A DNA stretch of 63,683 nucleotides, filler included. It is 11 parts of 11 records of this genome, joined end to end, with 100 filler letters (N's around TTAATTAATTAA, not from the genome) between each part and the next. Parts side by side here need not be neighbours in the genome. Positions count along the whole stretch, not along the records: positions 36,186 to 42,357 come from SRR31156797_149134; positions 42,458 to 47,779 come from SRR31156797_149674; positions 47,880 to 53,006 come from SRR31156797_150088; 8 more parts are not named here. One strand, 5' to 3'. The notes under the pieces are model-generated. The model was not told the origin of the DNA. It did not search any database and saw only the letters and a list, made by a program, of their open reading frames with translations. Positions 39,856 through 48,858 of the stretch are shown here, in pieces (the first letter of the stretch is position 1; every line of letters starts with the position of its first letter). A program made the position numbers and the translations under genes.

Positions 39856-40106
39856 GCCGAATGCTCCTTCTGGGATACACATGAGTGAACGATGACATCG
39901 CCACACGGGCGTTGCTTGAGGTCAAGCCGCCACATCACCCCGACCAACTCTGTCAGGCCCGGTAAACAACTGCCGGACCCCCAACAATCCCTATTATACC
40001 CGTTTGAGGGCCAAAAACCTAGCATTTGCTACGCTCTCACCGCCTGCTCGTATCACGTGGACTATACCCCGCAGGCAGAGATTGCTTTGACGGCGGCTCT
40101 GGCGTG

Positions 40107-42356
40107 CTACGGCGTGGCCTCTTCGCATACTACCCGGAACCCGACATCGTGGACGGCTTGCGAGGGCTTGTAGTGGGTTCGGAACGCGGATCGGGCGCGG
40201 CGGGGGCGGTCGAGCCAGGAGCCGCCGCGGACGGTCTTTCGACCGGTTCGGTCGTCTTGGCTTTCGCCGGCTTTCAGTGGATACGGGCGATACGTCGAAC
40301 GCGTCCATTCGGCAACGTTGCCATGCATGTCGAACAGACCCCACGAATTCGGCCGGAAGGTGCCGACCGGTGCGGAGACGCGCCAGCCGTCGTCGAAGCG
40401 CGTATCCGCCGGTCGCCACGGCGGAAGGGCTCCCGGAACGTGGGGATAATCGACCGTGTTATGCGTGGCGTCCGACAGGTTGGCCGCACGGCTGAAGTCG
40501 TCGTCCAGTGAGCCGTACCACAGGGGGCTCGTGCCACCGCTGCGGCAGGCGTATTCCCACTGGGCTTCGGTGGGCAGGGTGAAGCGCATGCCCGTTTCAT
40601 TCGACAGCCAATCACAGAACGCCATTGCCTGCTTCCACGAGACGCGCACCACGGGTTGTTCGGGCCTTCGCAGAGGATGGCCCCGTTCGTAATCGCCAAA
40701 CTGATAGACCTCACCCGTCTCCAGCCCGCTGTCGTGCTCGGAATCGAAGCAGGCGTATTGTCGATTGGTGATCTCGAACTGACCCATCCAAAAGGCGTTG
40801 TCGATGTCGACCGGATGCGCCGGGCGTTCGTTGGGATAGCCCTGCTCGGTCCCCATGATGAATGAGCCGGAGGGGACGAGGACCAGTTCCAGTGTCACGC
40901 CGTCGGCCAAGGTGATGCGCATGGATTCCGGTGGTGATGAGAGCTTCGGACTGAGACGTCCCGCAGGTACAACTCTTGAGGTTTGTTGCGAAAGTCCCTG
41001 GGGGCCAGCGGCTGCCGAAAGGACCGCTGCCGGATAGACGGCTTCGGGGTCTTCATCGATGCCCGCATAGCGGCGGTGCAATTCCCGACGACGAGCGGCG
41101 CCCGGAGCGACCAGCCTGGCTTTCGCGGGAATATGACCGACCACCTCGTTCCACGTGCCGTGGGCCGGGGCGTTCAGATCGATCCAGGTGATGAGCCGAT
41201 CCCATGCCTCAGCATCCAGGCGGACGCCGTAATGGTCGTCGCGCAAGATCTGTATCAGTTTGCTCGTGTCACCGTGGAAATCCCGAACGGGCAGCAGGTG
41301 GGCGTCGCTTTCCAACGTGGGCGTGTGGACGAAGCGGCGCAGCGCCAGGTACGAGGGGGTGAAGCGCATTTGGAAGGCCGACGCCACGCGCTCGGCCGGC
41401 CGGGCGGTCAGGTCGAACGTTCTCTGCCCATTGGCCAGCGGCTTGCCGTGATGGCACTGGATGCAATAGGCGTCCAACACGGGCTGAACTTCGCGTCCGA
41501 ACGAGAACCCGCGCGGCGGGCCGTACCATGGTTTGATCTGCGAGGGCTTGCGCAGCACGGCCGTCGGCCTCGATTGAAACGGCGGTACGGAATTCTGCGG
41601 CTCGTGACAGCCGACGCACGAGACGACTTCGCCCGGCATGGCCGTGAACCAACTGCGCATCAGGGCCAGTGCTTTGCCTTCCGCGTCGAGCGGCTGGACC
41701 GCCACGGGTGTATGGGCGGGCACACGGAAATGAGCGGAGCCGTCCACATCGACGGGCACGGTCCCGAGGATGCGTCGCACGTCCCAGGGGCCGTCGAAGC
41801 CGACGCGGTCCGGTTCTCCTCCGAAGCCGTGAAACGTGAACTCATAGCTGATCAGTCGCAGCGACTTGACAGTCCCACGGGGCACGCCTTGCAGTCCCGG
41901 ACCGCGATAGACGTCCATCAGCAGCGCGGTGGCTTCCTTCTGATCGGGCTGGATGTTGTCGGGCACGATCGGTTGGCGTTGCGTCTTTCGCCACGGAATC
42001 GGTTCCAGCATCGCCCAGCCCGGTTCCTCACGGAGCAACACGAAGTTGTCGAACACGTCCACCAGGTAGACGCCCCACAACGAGTCTTTCGTGGGCTGGC
42101 AGGACACGAGGAAGTACTTTTCGCTGAGCGGATAGGGATGCAGAAACAGGGGCCAACTGCCACCGATCAGACCGTCCAGGATGACCGGCTCGACCGTCTT
42201 GCCGTAGCCCGGGATGCGCTGCACGGCACCGCTGGCCTCATGACGGCCCTGCGCGGGATCGAAGATGACCAGCTCACCCTGGCGGGGCAGGTCGTGATGG
42301 CCGCCCACGACGGCAATCACCTTCGTCGGATGGTGCGGGACCGGGCGGGCATAGAA
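40107..42356 (-). CDS. Planctomycete-type protein: HzsA-like middle domain, two CxxCH motifs and C-terminal SUMF1/FGE-sulfatase domain (5' truncated)
   Basis: ILGTVPV..DGSA.F.VPA, MRSWFT..PGE..SCVGCHE, CIQCH; FGE motifs LPTEAQWEYACR, DMHGNVAEW, GFRVV. Confidence 0.8.
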   Translation of the reverse strand, partial: FYARPVPHHPTKVIAVVGGHHDLPRQGELVIFDPAQGRHEASGAVQRIPGYGKTVEPVILDGLIGGSWPLFLHPYPLSEKYFLVSCQPTKDSLWGVYLVDVFDNFVLLREEPGWAMLEPIPWRKTQRQPIVPDNIQPDQKEATALLMDVYRGPGLQGVPRGTVKSLRLISYEFTFHGFGGEPDRVGFDGPWDVRRILGTVPVDVDGSAHFRVPAHTPVAVQPLDAEGKALALMRSWFTAMPGEVVSCVGCHEPQNSVPPFQSRPTAVLRKPSQIKPWYGPPRGFSFGREVQPVLDAYCIQCHHGKPLANGQRTFDLTARPAERVASAFQMRFTPSYLALRRFVHTPTLESDAHLLPVRDFHGDTSKLIQILRDDHYGVRLDAEAWDRLITWIDLNAPAHGTWNEVVGHIPAKARLVAPGAARRRELHRRYAGIDEDPEAVYPAAVLSAAAGPQGLSQQTSRVVPAGRLSPKLSSPPESMRITLADGVTLELVLVPSGSFIMGTEQGYPNERPAHPVDIDNAFWMGQFEITNRQYACFDSEHDSGLETGEVYQFGDYERGHPLRRPEQPVVRVSWKQAMAFCDWLSNETGMRFTLPTEAQWEYACRSGGTSPLWYGSLDDDFSRAANLSDATHNTVDYPHVPGALPPWRPADTRFDDGWRVSAPVGTFRPNSWGLFDMHGNVAEWTRSTYRPYPLKAGESQDDRTGRKTVRGGSWLDRPRRARSAFRTHYKPSQAVHDVGFRVVCEEATP

Positions 42357-42357
42357 C

Positions 42358-42457
42358 NNNNNNNNNNNNNNNNNNNNNNNNNNNNNNNNNNNNNNNNNNN
42401 NTTAATTAATTAANNNNNNNNNNNNNNNNNNNNNNNNNNNNNNNNNNNNNNNNNNNN
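42358..42457. other. Artificial contig linker
   Basis: 44N-TTAATTAATTAA-44N. Confidence 0.98.
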
Positions 42458-42533
42458 ATCGGCGATCTCATGGCGCAGGCCTGCCTCGTAGCAAATCTGA
42501 AGATAGTCTAAAACGGCAGAAGTTAAAACAGCG

Positions 42534-42568
42534 GCACAGGGCTCCGATCGGAGTCCTGTGCTTTTTTT
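42534..42568 (+). terminator. Intrinsic terminator of an upstream truncated gene (ends 42511)
   Basis: GCACAGGGCTCC-GATC-GGAGTCCTGTGC followed by T7. Confidence 0.85.
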
Positions 42569-42626
42569 CGCTCCGCCGGAATACTGTGCCCGCCTCCCTG
42601 AATAAAAATTTTGGGGAGGTGTTTGT

Positions 42627-42764
42627 TTGGATAAAAAAATTATCTATGAGACTGAAAATGTGACCGTGGAAGTTGAGCGCGTTTTCACGGACGGGAAAAC
42701 AAAAAAGGAGCTGATTATTGAATTATTACGTAAAAGGTATGAAGCCGATGGTCTGCGTCTGTAA
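42627..42764 (+). CDS. 45-aa hypothetical protein upstream of recombinase (TnpW/RDF-like candidate)
   Basis: Not in the ORF track; strong GGAGGTG RBS, TTG start, MDKKIIYETENVTVEVERVFTDGKTKKELIIELLRKRYEADGLRL*. Confidence 0.6.
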   Translation: MDKKIIYETENVTVEVERVFTDGKTKKELIIELLRKRYEADGLRL

Positions 42765-42827
42765 CAGACTCCCGCAAAGGCCCTTGCAGAGAACCGAAGG
42801 TTATCGGGCTGAGGAGGGTGCAAATAC

Positions 42828-44435
42828 TTGAAAGCCAGGGTGAAGGACTATAAAGCGGCTCTTTATATGCGCTTGTCAAAGGACGACGGACTAAGTGAAA
42901 GCGCCAGTATCAGCACACAGCGGAAAATGCTGCGGACCTATGCCCGAGAAAACGGATATGACGTAATCAGCGAGTATGTGGACGACGGCTGGAGCGGCAC
43001 AAATTTTGAGCGTCCGGGCTGGAAACGGCTGCTGTGTGACATCGAAAGCAAAAAAGTCAATCTTGTCATTACGAAAGACCTGTCCCGTCTGGGCCGCGAT
43101 TACATAACAACCGGCCAGTATACGGAGATTTACTTTCCGTCAAAGGGCGTGCGTTATATTGCCGTTAACGACGGCTACGATTCCGACAGTCCCTACACCG
43201 ATATCGCCCCGTTTAAGAATGTCATAAACGAAATGTATGCCCGCGATACCTCAAAAAAAATCCGGAGCGCCTTCCGGACAAAAATGGAGGAGGGCGCTTT
43301 CATCGGTAATTTTGCGCCATACGGATATATCAAAGACCCGGCGGATAAAAACCATCTGCTGATAGACCCTGCCGCAGCACCCGTTGTTCAGGAGATATTC
43401 CGAATGGCTGAAGAGGGGGGCTCACCGTCGGAAATCGCACGGACCTTGAATGCTCATGGAATTATGACGCCGGCGATGTACCGTTGCTGTCGGCGGCCGT
43501 ATCTGAACATTGACGATTATTCCAGCCGTAAAGAGTGGACGTCGTCCATGATCTGTAAAATCCTGCGAAACATCGTTTATCTGGGACATGTCGCTCAGGG
43601 TAAAACAACAAAGGTCTCCTTTAAAAGCGGCCTCACGCTGCAAAATCCCCGGGAGGAATGGATCATAGCAAAAAACATGCACCAAGCGCTCATCACTCAG
43701 AATACTTTTGATAATGTAAGACGCCGGAGCGTATCGCGCCGCCAGCCGCCGAAAACAGATTTTACAAACATCTTTTCCGGAATCGCCAAATGCGCCGATT
43801 GCGGACGCAATATGTCAATAACGGGGAGCCGGAGAAAGGGCGGCGGTTACGACCTTGTCTGCGGCGGTTATAAGCAGTATGGCCGCGAAGAATGCGCCAA
43901 TCACGTTATCAGCTATGATGGGCTTTATGAAGTGGTGCTTTGCGAGATTAACACGCTCCTTGCGCTGACCCGGGAGGCTGGGGAGGAAATTATTGAAGCG
44001 TTTATAAATGAATCGGTGGAAAAGCCTGAAATGCCGGGCGTGGTGATGGCTCTGAATAAGCGGGCTGAGGAGCTTGACAGAGTTATTGAACGGCTATATG
44101 AGGATCATGCTGGCGGCAGGCTGGAGGAAGCGCGTTTTTATAAGCTGCTGGCTTCCTATGAAGCGGAGCAGAAGGATGTTTTGGCGCGGCTGTCTCTGAT
44201 CAAACCGTCTGCGCCGGAAGTGGAGAGCACACAACAAAAGCTTTACCGTGCGGTTTCATCCTTAATGCAGAATAATGCCGAGATAACGGAGCTGACGCCC
44301 GGCCTCCTGCACATGCTGATAGACCGGATTGAGGTCTGTCAGGGCAGCTTTGACCAAGGACAACGCAGTGGCCGCAAGCATCAAACCATTCGTATTTTCT
44401 ATAAATTTAACGAACAGCCGGAGAAGACCGGTTGA
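42828..44435 (+). CDS. Large serine recombinase (SpoIVCA/TndX/TnpX-like)
   Basis: Y.RLS catalytic Ser, DDGWSGT..RP, KDLSRLGR, PYGY recombinase domain, Zn ribbon CADCG...C...C, coiled coil, C-terminal IRIFYKF. Confidence 0.95.
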   Translation: MKARVKDYKAALYMRLSKDDGLSESASISTQRKMLRTYARENGYDVISEYVDDGWSGTNFERPGWKRLLCDIESKKVNLVITKDLSRLGRDYITTGQYTEIYFPSKGVRYIAVNDGYDSDSPYTDIAPFKNVINEMYARDTSKKIRSAFRTKMEEGAFIGNFAPYGYIKDPADKNHLLIDPAAAPVVQEIFRMAEEGGSPSEIARTLNAHGIMTPAMYRCCRRPYLNIDDYSSRKEWTSSMICKILRNIVYLGHVAQGKTTKVSFKSGLTLQNPREEWIIAKNMHQALITQNTFDNVRRRSVSRRQPPKTDFTNIFSGIAKCADCGRNMSITGSRRKGGGYDLVCGGYKQYGREECANHVISYDGLYEVVLCEINTLLALTREAGEEIIEAFINESVEKPEMPGVVMALNKRAEELDRVIERLYEDHAGGRLEEARFYKLLASYEAEQKDVLARLSLIKPSAPEVESTQQKLYRAVSSLMQNNAEITELTPGLLHMLIDRIEVCQGSFDQGQRSGRKHQTIRIFYKFNEQPEKTG

Positions 44436-44472
44436 GCTGATGCATAAATTTCCTCTGTCATGTGCATGGGCT
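44436..44472. mobile_element. Putative attachment junction (att) between the recombinase-bearing element and split feoB
   Basis: FeoB homology starts abruptly at ATGTGC (44460), 24 nt after the recombinase stop, with no RBS; imperfect inverted arms AGCTGATGCATA / TGTGCATGGGCT. Confidence 0.5.
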
Positions 44473-45311
44473 TCGGCTGCAACGCCGCCGGTGTCATCGG
44501 CTGCCGTATTATTGACTCCCCGCGTGAGCGGCTTGTCGCGACGATCACTAATAATTTCGTGCCGTGCAACGGCCGGTTTCCGACGCTTATCGCCGTCATC
44601 ACGATGTTTTTCGCCGGTGCTGTCGGCGGCGCGTTTAAGTCCGTCGTCTCTACCGTGACGCTGACGGCTGTGATTGTGCTGGGCGTTGTGATGACGGTGT
44701 TTATCTCAAAGCTCTTATCAAAAACCATTCTAAAAGGAATGCCGTCGTCGTTTAATCTGGAACTGCCGCCGTACAGGCGGCCTCAGATTGGAAAAGTGAT
44801 CGTCCGCTCTGTCTTGGACAGGACGCTGTTCGTCCTTGGCCGGGCTGCCGTTGTCGCCGCGCCGGCCGGAATCATTATATGGACTATGGCAAATATCTCC
44901 GTGGACGGCGTGAGTCTTCTGGCGCATTGCGCAGGCTTTTTGGATCCGTTTGCACGGCTGATGGGCCTGGACGGGTTTATATTGATGGCTTTTATTCTCG
45001 GCTTTCCAGCCAATGAAATTGTTGTGCCAATTATCATCATGAGCTATATGGCAACGGGGTCATTAACCGAGCTCGGTAGTCTGGCGGACCTTCACGCGCT
45101 GTTTCTGAGTCACGGCTGGACTTGGCTGACGGCCATCTGCGTCATGCTGTTTTCCCTGATGCACTGGCCGTGCGGTACAACGTGTCTGACAATCCGGAAG
45201 GAAACCCAGAGTCTTAAGTGGACGGCCGTATCCTTTATTATTCCAACTGTTACAGGTGTTATTATTTGCATTGCCGTTGCCGGTGCAGCGCGCCTTTTAG
45301 GTCTCGTTTAG
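44460..45311 (+). pseudogene. feoB: 3' portion of ferrous iron transporter FeoB (gate + C-terminal domains); N-terminal GTPase half absent
   Basis: MGFGCNAAG...RII.SPRER, PCNGRFP, LELPPYR.P, GFPANEIV, HWPC.TT; 283 aa versus roughly 600-750 aa for full FeoB. Confidence 0.8.
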
Positions 45312-45346
45312 GCGCTGCCTGCTCAGCGGATATCCCGTATAAAGTA

Positions 45347-45385
45347 ACGCCCGGAGACGGAGCCGATGAGGCTCTCTCCGGGCGT
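45347..45385. terminator. Hairpin between the convergent feoB fragment and response regulator
   Basis: ACGCCCGGAGA...TCTCCGGGCGT stem. Confidence 0.5.
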
Positions 45386-45465
45386 GAGACTGTCTGTAAG
45401 GTCTATTTCAGTAAGGTGTCGTAATAAGGCAAAAAAAAGCCGCTGCCTGGCGTTAGCGGAGGAGG

Positions 45466-45846
45466 TTATCCGGTTATATTGTTTAACATGGATATCACTT
45501 TTTTAATACTGAACGGCTTGCTGATGCAGGTGACGGCACCCATTTCAAATGCTTTTTGAACCAGCTCATTGTTTGGGCTGACGCCTGTCATGATGATAAA
45601 CAGGGGCTTTTTATCAATCGGTATGGATTGGATATTTTCCATTACATTAATACCGTTAGCTTTCGGCATTCTTATATCGAGCAATACGATGTCAGGCTGC
45701 TTCGATACGATCATGTCGATGGCCGCAATACCGTCATAAGCGATGCCGACCAGCTCAAAGCTGAGATTTTTCTCTACCGCGAGATATTCGCAAAACAGAA
45801 AAGACATGTCCTTATTATCGTCAACAAGAATAACCGTCTTTGCCAT
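45466..45846 (-). CDS. Stand-alone response regulator receiver (Spo0A-receiver-like)
   Basis: LVDDN, GIAYDG, PDIVLLDIRMP..NG, KPF; no output domain. Confidence 0.85.
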   Translation of the reverse strand: MAKTVILVDDNKDMSFLFCEYLAVEKNLSFELVGIAYDGIAAIDMIVSKQPDIVLLDIRMPKANGINVMENIQSIPIDKKPLFIIMTGVSPNNELVQKAFEMGAVTCISKPFSIKKVISMLNNITG

Positions 45847-46018
45847 TTTTCCTCCCCCCGAAAAGCATCAAGTGTTTTCAAATTCAATCTTACAGAATAT
45901 TGTGTTAAATTACAATACTTTTTTTCATTAATACAATATATTGTTGCTGTAAGTAAACGCTGCTTAAATGAGGAGGCTTTTTAATGCAAGAAATTACTTA
46001 ATATTATTATAGCCGGCC

Positions 46019-47272
46019 TTAAAGCGGTGCGGTCTCTTCAAAATACCGCGTAAATAACGTTTCATCCAGAAGGCTCTCGATGGTTTCAATACCCAGCTTA
46101 TTTAATATTTCAAGAACATAGGGATTGTCAAGCGGGGTGTCGAAAGTGGACGTTTCGGCATAGTGTTCGAGGTTCTGCTTGCCGGCGGAACGGTCGATCA
46201 GCACCTTGGGTCCGCCGATGCAGCCGCCCTCGCAGCCCATCCCTTCCAGATAATTGGCCGTAATGTTATTTTCACGAAGCTGCTCTAAAAGCTCGCGGCA
46301 GCTTTTTGTCCCGTCGGCCTGCTGGGCAGAAACATTGACGAGGCGGTTGGGATTGAGCCGGTGGACGGTGTGTTCGACGGCCTCGCTGACGCCGCCGGTA
46401 CGTCCATAGATGCGCCCGGCTCTGGAAGAATGCTCCTTGCCATCCTCTGGCTCCTGAGACGGATTAATGTGAAACGCGTCAAAAATATCCCGGATCTCTT
46501 CAAAGGTGAGGACAAAATCAACGCCGTCCGCGATATCCACGTCGCGTGCTTCGGCTTTTTTGGCGATGCACGGCCCGATAAAAACCGTTATGGCCGACGG
46601 CGTCATTTTCTTAACGGCGCGGCCGCAGGCGATCATGGGCGAGACGGCGTCCGGAATATTTTTAAGATACTGCTTGTAGCTGCGGCGTATCATGGAAATC
46701 CAAACCGGGCAACAGCAGCTTGCCAGCATGAAATCCTCGCGGCTTTTTATTTTTTTATTGAAAACAAGAGCCTCTTTCAGCGTCAGGATATCGGCAAAAA
46801 GCGCAACCTCAACCATACCGGCAAATCCGAGGGATTTAAAGGCACTGCGAAGCTGACCCGGTGAAATCTCGCCGAACTGCCCGATAAAGGCCGGCGCGAC
46901 GAGCGCATACACAGGCGCGCCGGTGCTTTTCAGGGCGTCGAGTACCGGCAGGATATCCCGGCTTTCCGTGAGCTTCCCCGAGCTGCAGGCCTCAATACAT
47001 TCTCCGCAGCCGACACAGCGGTCCTTATCAATCCGGAGCTTGCCCTCGTCGTCCCGGCGTATGGCACTGAAGATACAGCGCCTGACGCATTCGGCGTCGC
47101 CCGCCGGGCAGTCGCAGGGTGACGTTGCCCAAACGGGTGCGTACCGCTCCGGGTTTAAAAGGCACGCTATGCCGTCACCTTCGCTATGCTTGCGGTATGC
47201 CTCAATGTAATCGTCCTGCTTTTTATCGGCAGCCGCCTGCAGTAGTCCTGTATATAAATCAGAAAAGTTCAT
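46019..47272 (-). CDS. [FeFe]-hydrogenase large subunit-like protein with 4Fe-4S ferredoxin domain
   Basis: CVGCGECIEAC; H-cluster-like motifs ASCCCPVW, GPCIAKKAE, EGMGCEGGCIGG. Confidence 0.8.
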   Translation of the reverse strand: MNFSDLYTGLLQAAADKKQDDYIEAYRKHSEGDGIACLLNPERYAPVWATSPCDCPAGDAECVRRCIFSAIRRDDEGKLRIDKDRCVGCGECIEACSSGKLTESRDILPVLDALKSTGAPVYALVAPAFIGQFGEISPGQLRSAFKSLGFAGMVEVALFADILTLKEALVFNKKIKSREDFMLASCCCPVWISMIRRSYKQYLKNIPDAVSPMIACGRAVKKMTPSAITVFIGPCIAKKAEARDVDIADGVDFVLTFEEIRDIFDAFHINPSQEPEDGKEHSSRAGRIYGRTGGVSEAVEHTVHRLNPNRLVNVSAQQADGTKSCRELLEQLRENNITANYLEGMGCEGGCIGGPKVLIDRSAGKQNLEHYAETSTFDTPLDNPYVLEILNKLGIETIESLLDETLFTRYFEETAPL

Positions 47273-47407
47273 GATGTGGCCCGCCTTCGTTCATTATTTA
47301 GTCTCATTGTAACCATTGACCGTAAAATAATGCCTGCGTTATTTTGTGTGCTGCAGAAACTTATGAGCAGATCAAAACTGGCTACAGATGCGCACAGCAA
47401 CCCAAAC

Positions 47408-47442
47408 AAAAAGCCCCGTGCCGAGAACGGCCGGGACTTTTT
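47408..47442 (-). terminator. Probable terminator after DUF2325 gene (bidirectional-type)
   Basis: AAAAAGCCCCG...CGGGACTTTTT. Confidence 0.55.
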
Positions 47443-47500
47443 GCGTGAGGCTGCTTGTATTGGAATCGAGCGCGGCAGACCGATGGCCTCTGAATCCGTA

Positions 47501-47779
47501 TCAAATGCGGCTATCACAGCGGGCCTGATTGCCGTGACTTCTCAAAATGGCTTTCAGCGAAGACAGACTGCTGCTGTGGCATCGCTCAATACAGGCGCTG
47601 CATTTTTTGGCCTGACACAGCGCGCACTGCACCATCTTGTGGGATACCGTACTGGTAAACAGTATATATAAGTCGGCGCTTCCAAGCTTCTTTTTAACAT
47701 CGCCGCTTATTTTTGTAATAACCTTTGCCTTGCAGCCGTGCTCCCGGCACGTGTCCGCATAAAGGCGCTCCATGCGTTC
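47501..47779 (-). CDS. DUF2325 family protein (5' truncated)
   Basis: DL.ILFTSTVSHKM...A....CHSSS pattern. Confidence 0.75.
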   Translation of the reverse strand, partial: ERMERLYADTCREHGCKAKVITKISGDVKKKLGSADLYILFTSTVSHKMVQCALCQAKKCSACIERCHSSSLSSLKAILRSHGNQARCDSRI

Positions 47780-47879
47780 NNNNNNNNNNNNNNNNNNNNN
47801 NNNNNNNNNNNNNNNNNNNNNNNTTAATTAATTAANNNNNNNNNNNNNNNNNNNNNNNNNNNNNNNNNNNNNNNNNNNN
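47780..47879. other. Artificial contig linker
   Basis: 44N-TTAATTAATTAA-44N. Confidence 0.98.
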
Positions 47880-47880
47880 G

Positions 47881-48855
47881 GCTACGGGCAGCAGTCTTTC
47901 AATTCCGGATATTCCAGGGTTGGAAGATGCGGCCATGACCACCGACCAGGTTCTGGACATGGAAGAGGCGCCTTCGGAAATACTGATCTTCGGGCAGGCC
48001 GGTCCTATTGAGCTTGAAATGGCGACTCTGCTCAACATATTCGGTTCCAAGGTTTACCTGACCACGGACCAGCCTCGTTTGCTGCCGAAAGAAGATCATG
48101 ACGTCAGCCAAAGGGCGGCCCAGTCTTTAAGAGAGCTTGGCGTAGAGATCATCACCAGGTGTTCCCTGACGTCCGTGGAAAAGTCCGGCGACAAGTTCAA
48201 GGCCGTGCTCGGCGGAAGCAAGGACCAGGAAGTAGAAATCGAAAAAGTCCTGGTAGCAGGCAGAAAGCCGAATGCGGCCGGAATGGGACTGGAAGAAATC
48301 GGCGTTCAGTTGAATGAAGACGGCGGCGTCCGGGTTAATGAAAAACTGGAGACTTCCGTTTCCGGCATCCTGGCCATCGGCGACGTCACCGGCGGATGGA
48401 TGCTCAGCCATGCGGCATCGTCCATGGCCGTTCCGGCTGCGGAAAACGCCATGGGCAGGGAGTCCCGCTTTCCTTTTCACCTTATTCCGAGGGTCGTTTG
48501 GACAATACCGCAAGTAGGATCCATCGGCTTGTCCGAGGAAGAAGCCGAAAAGCAGGGATACGATGTGGAAGTCGGCGATTTCCCATACGCCATTAACGGT
48601 TTGGGCATGTGCTACAACGAAATGGCCGGCTCGGTCAAGTACGTCACGGATTCCCAGTATGGAGAAATACTGGGCGTGCATATTGTGGGCGCCAATGCAA
48701 CGGAACTGATCGGAGAGGCCGGTTTGGCCATGCAGCTTGAATGCACGGTCGGAGAGTTGGCGCGGAGCATCCGGGCCCATCCCACCTTTTCCGAGGCGAT
48801 TGTGGATTCGGCCAGGGACGTCCAGGGTTGGGCTCTATACCTGCCCAGGCGGTAA
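47881..48855 (+). CDS. lpdA: Dihydrolipoamide dehydrogenase (E3; 5' truncated)
   Basis: ATGS, AIGDV, ILGVHIVG..ATELI, HPTFSEA. Confidence 0.85.
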   Translation, partial: ATGSSLSIPDIPGLEDAAMTTDQVLDMEEAPSEILIFGQAGPIELEMATLLNIFGSKVYLTTDQPRLLPKEDHDVSQRAAQSLRELGVEIITRCSLTSVEKSGDKFKAVLGGSKDQEVEIEKVLVAGRKPNAAGMGLEEIGVQLNEDGGVRVNEKLETSVSGILAIGDVTGGWMLSHAASSMAVPAAENAMGRESRFPFHLIPRVVWTIPQVGSIGLSEEEAEKQGYDVEVGDFPYAINGLGMCYNEMAGSVKYVTDSQYGEILGVHIVGANATELIGEAGLAMQLECTVGELARSIRAHPTFSEAIVDSARDVQGWALYLPRR

Positions 48856-48858
48856 TGG

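Noticed and set aside
40107-42356. Anammox hydrazine synthase
   Set aside because: Only a shared domain fused to an FGE domain; no hzsB/hzsC or other anammox genes on the contig.
42578-42610. Mother-cell sigmaE/sigmaK promoter for the recombinase unit
   Set aside because: GAATA...AATAAAAAT only loosely fits; spacing and the -10 box do not match well enough to call.
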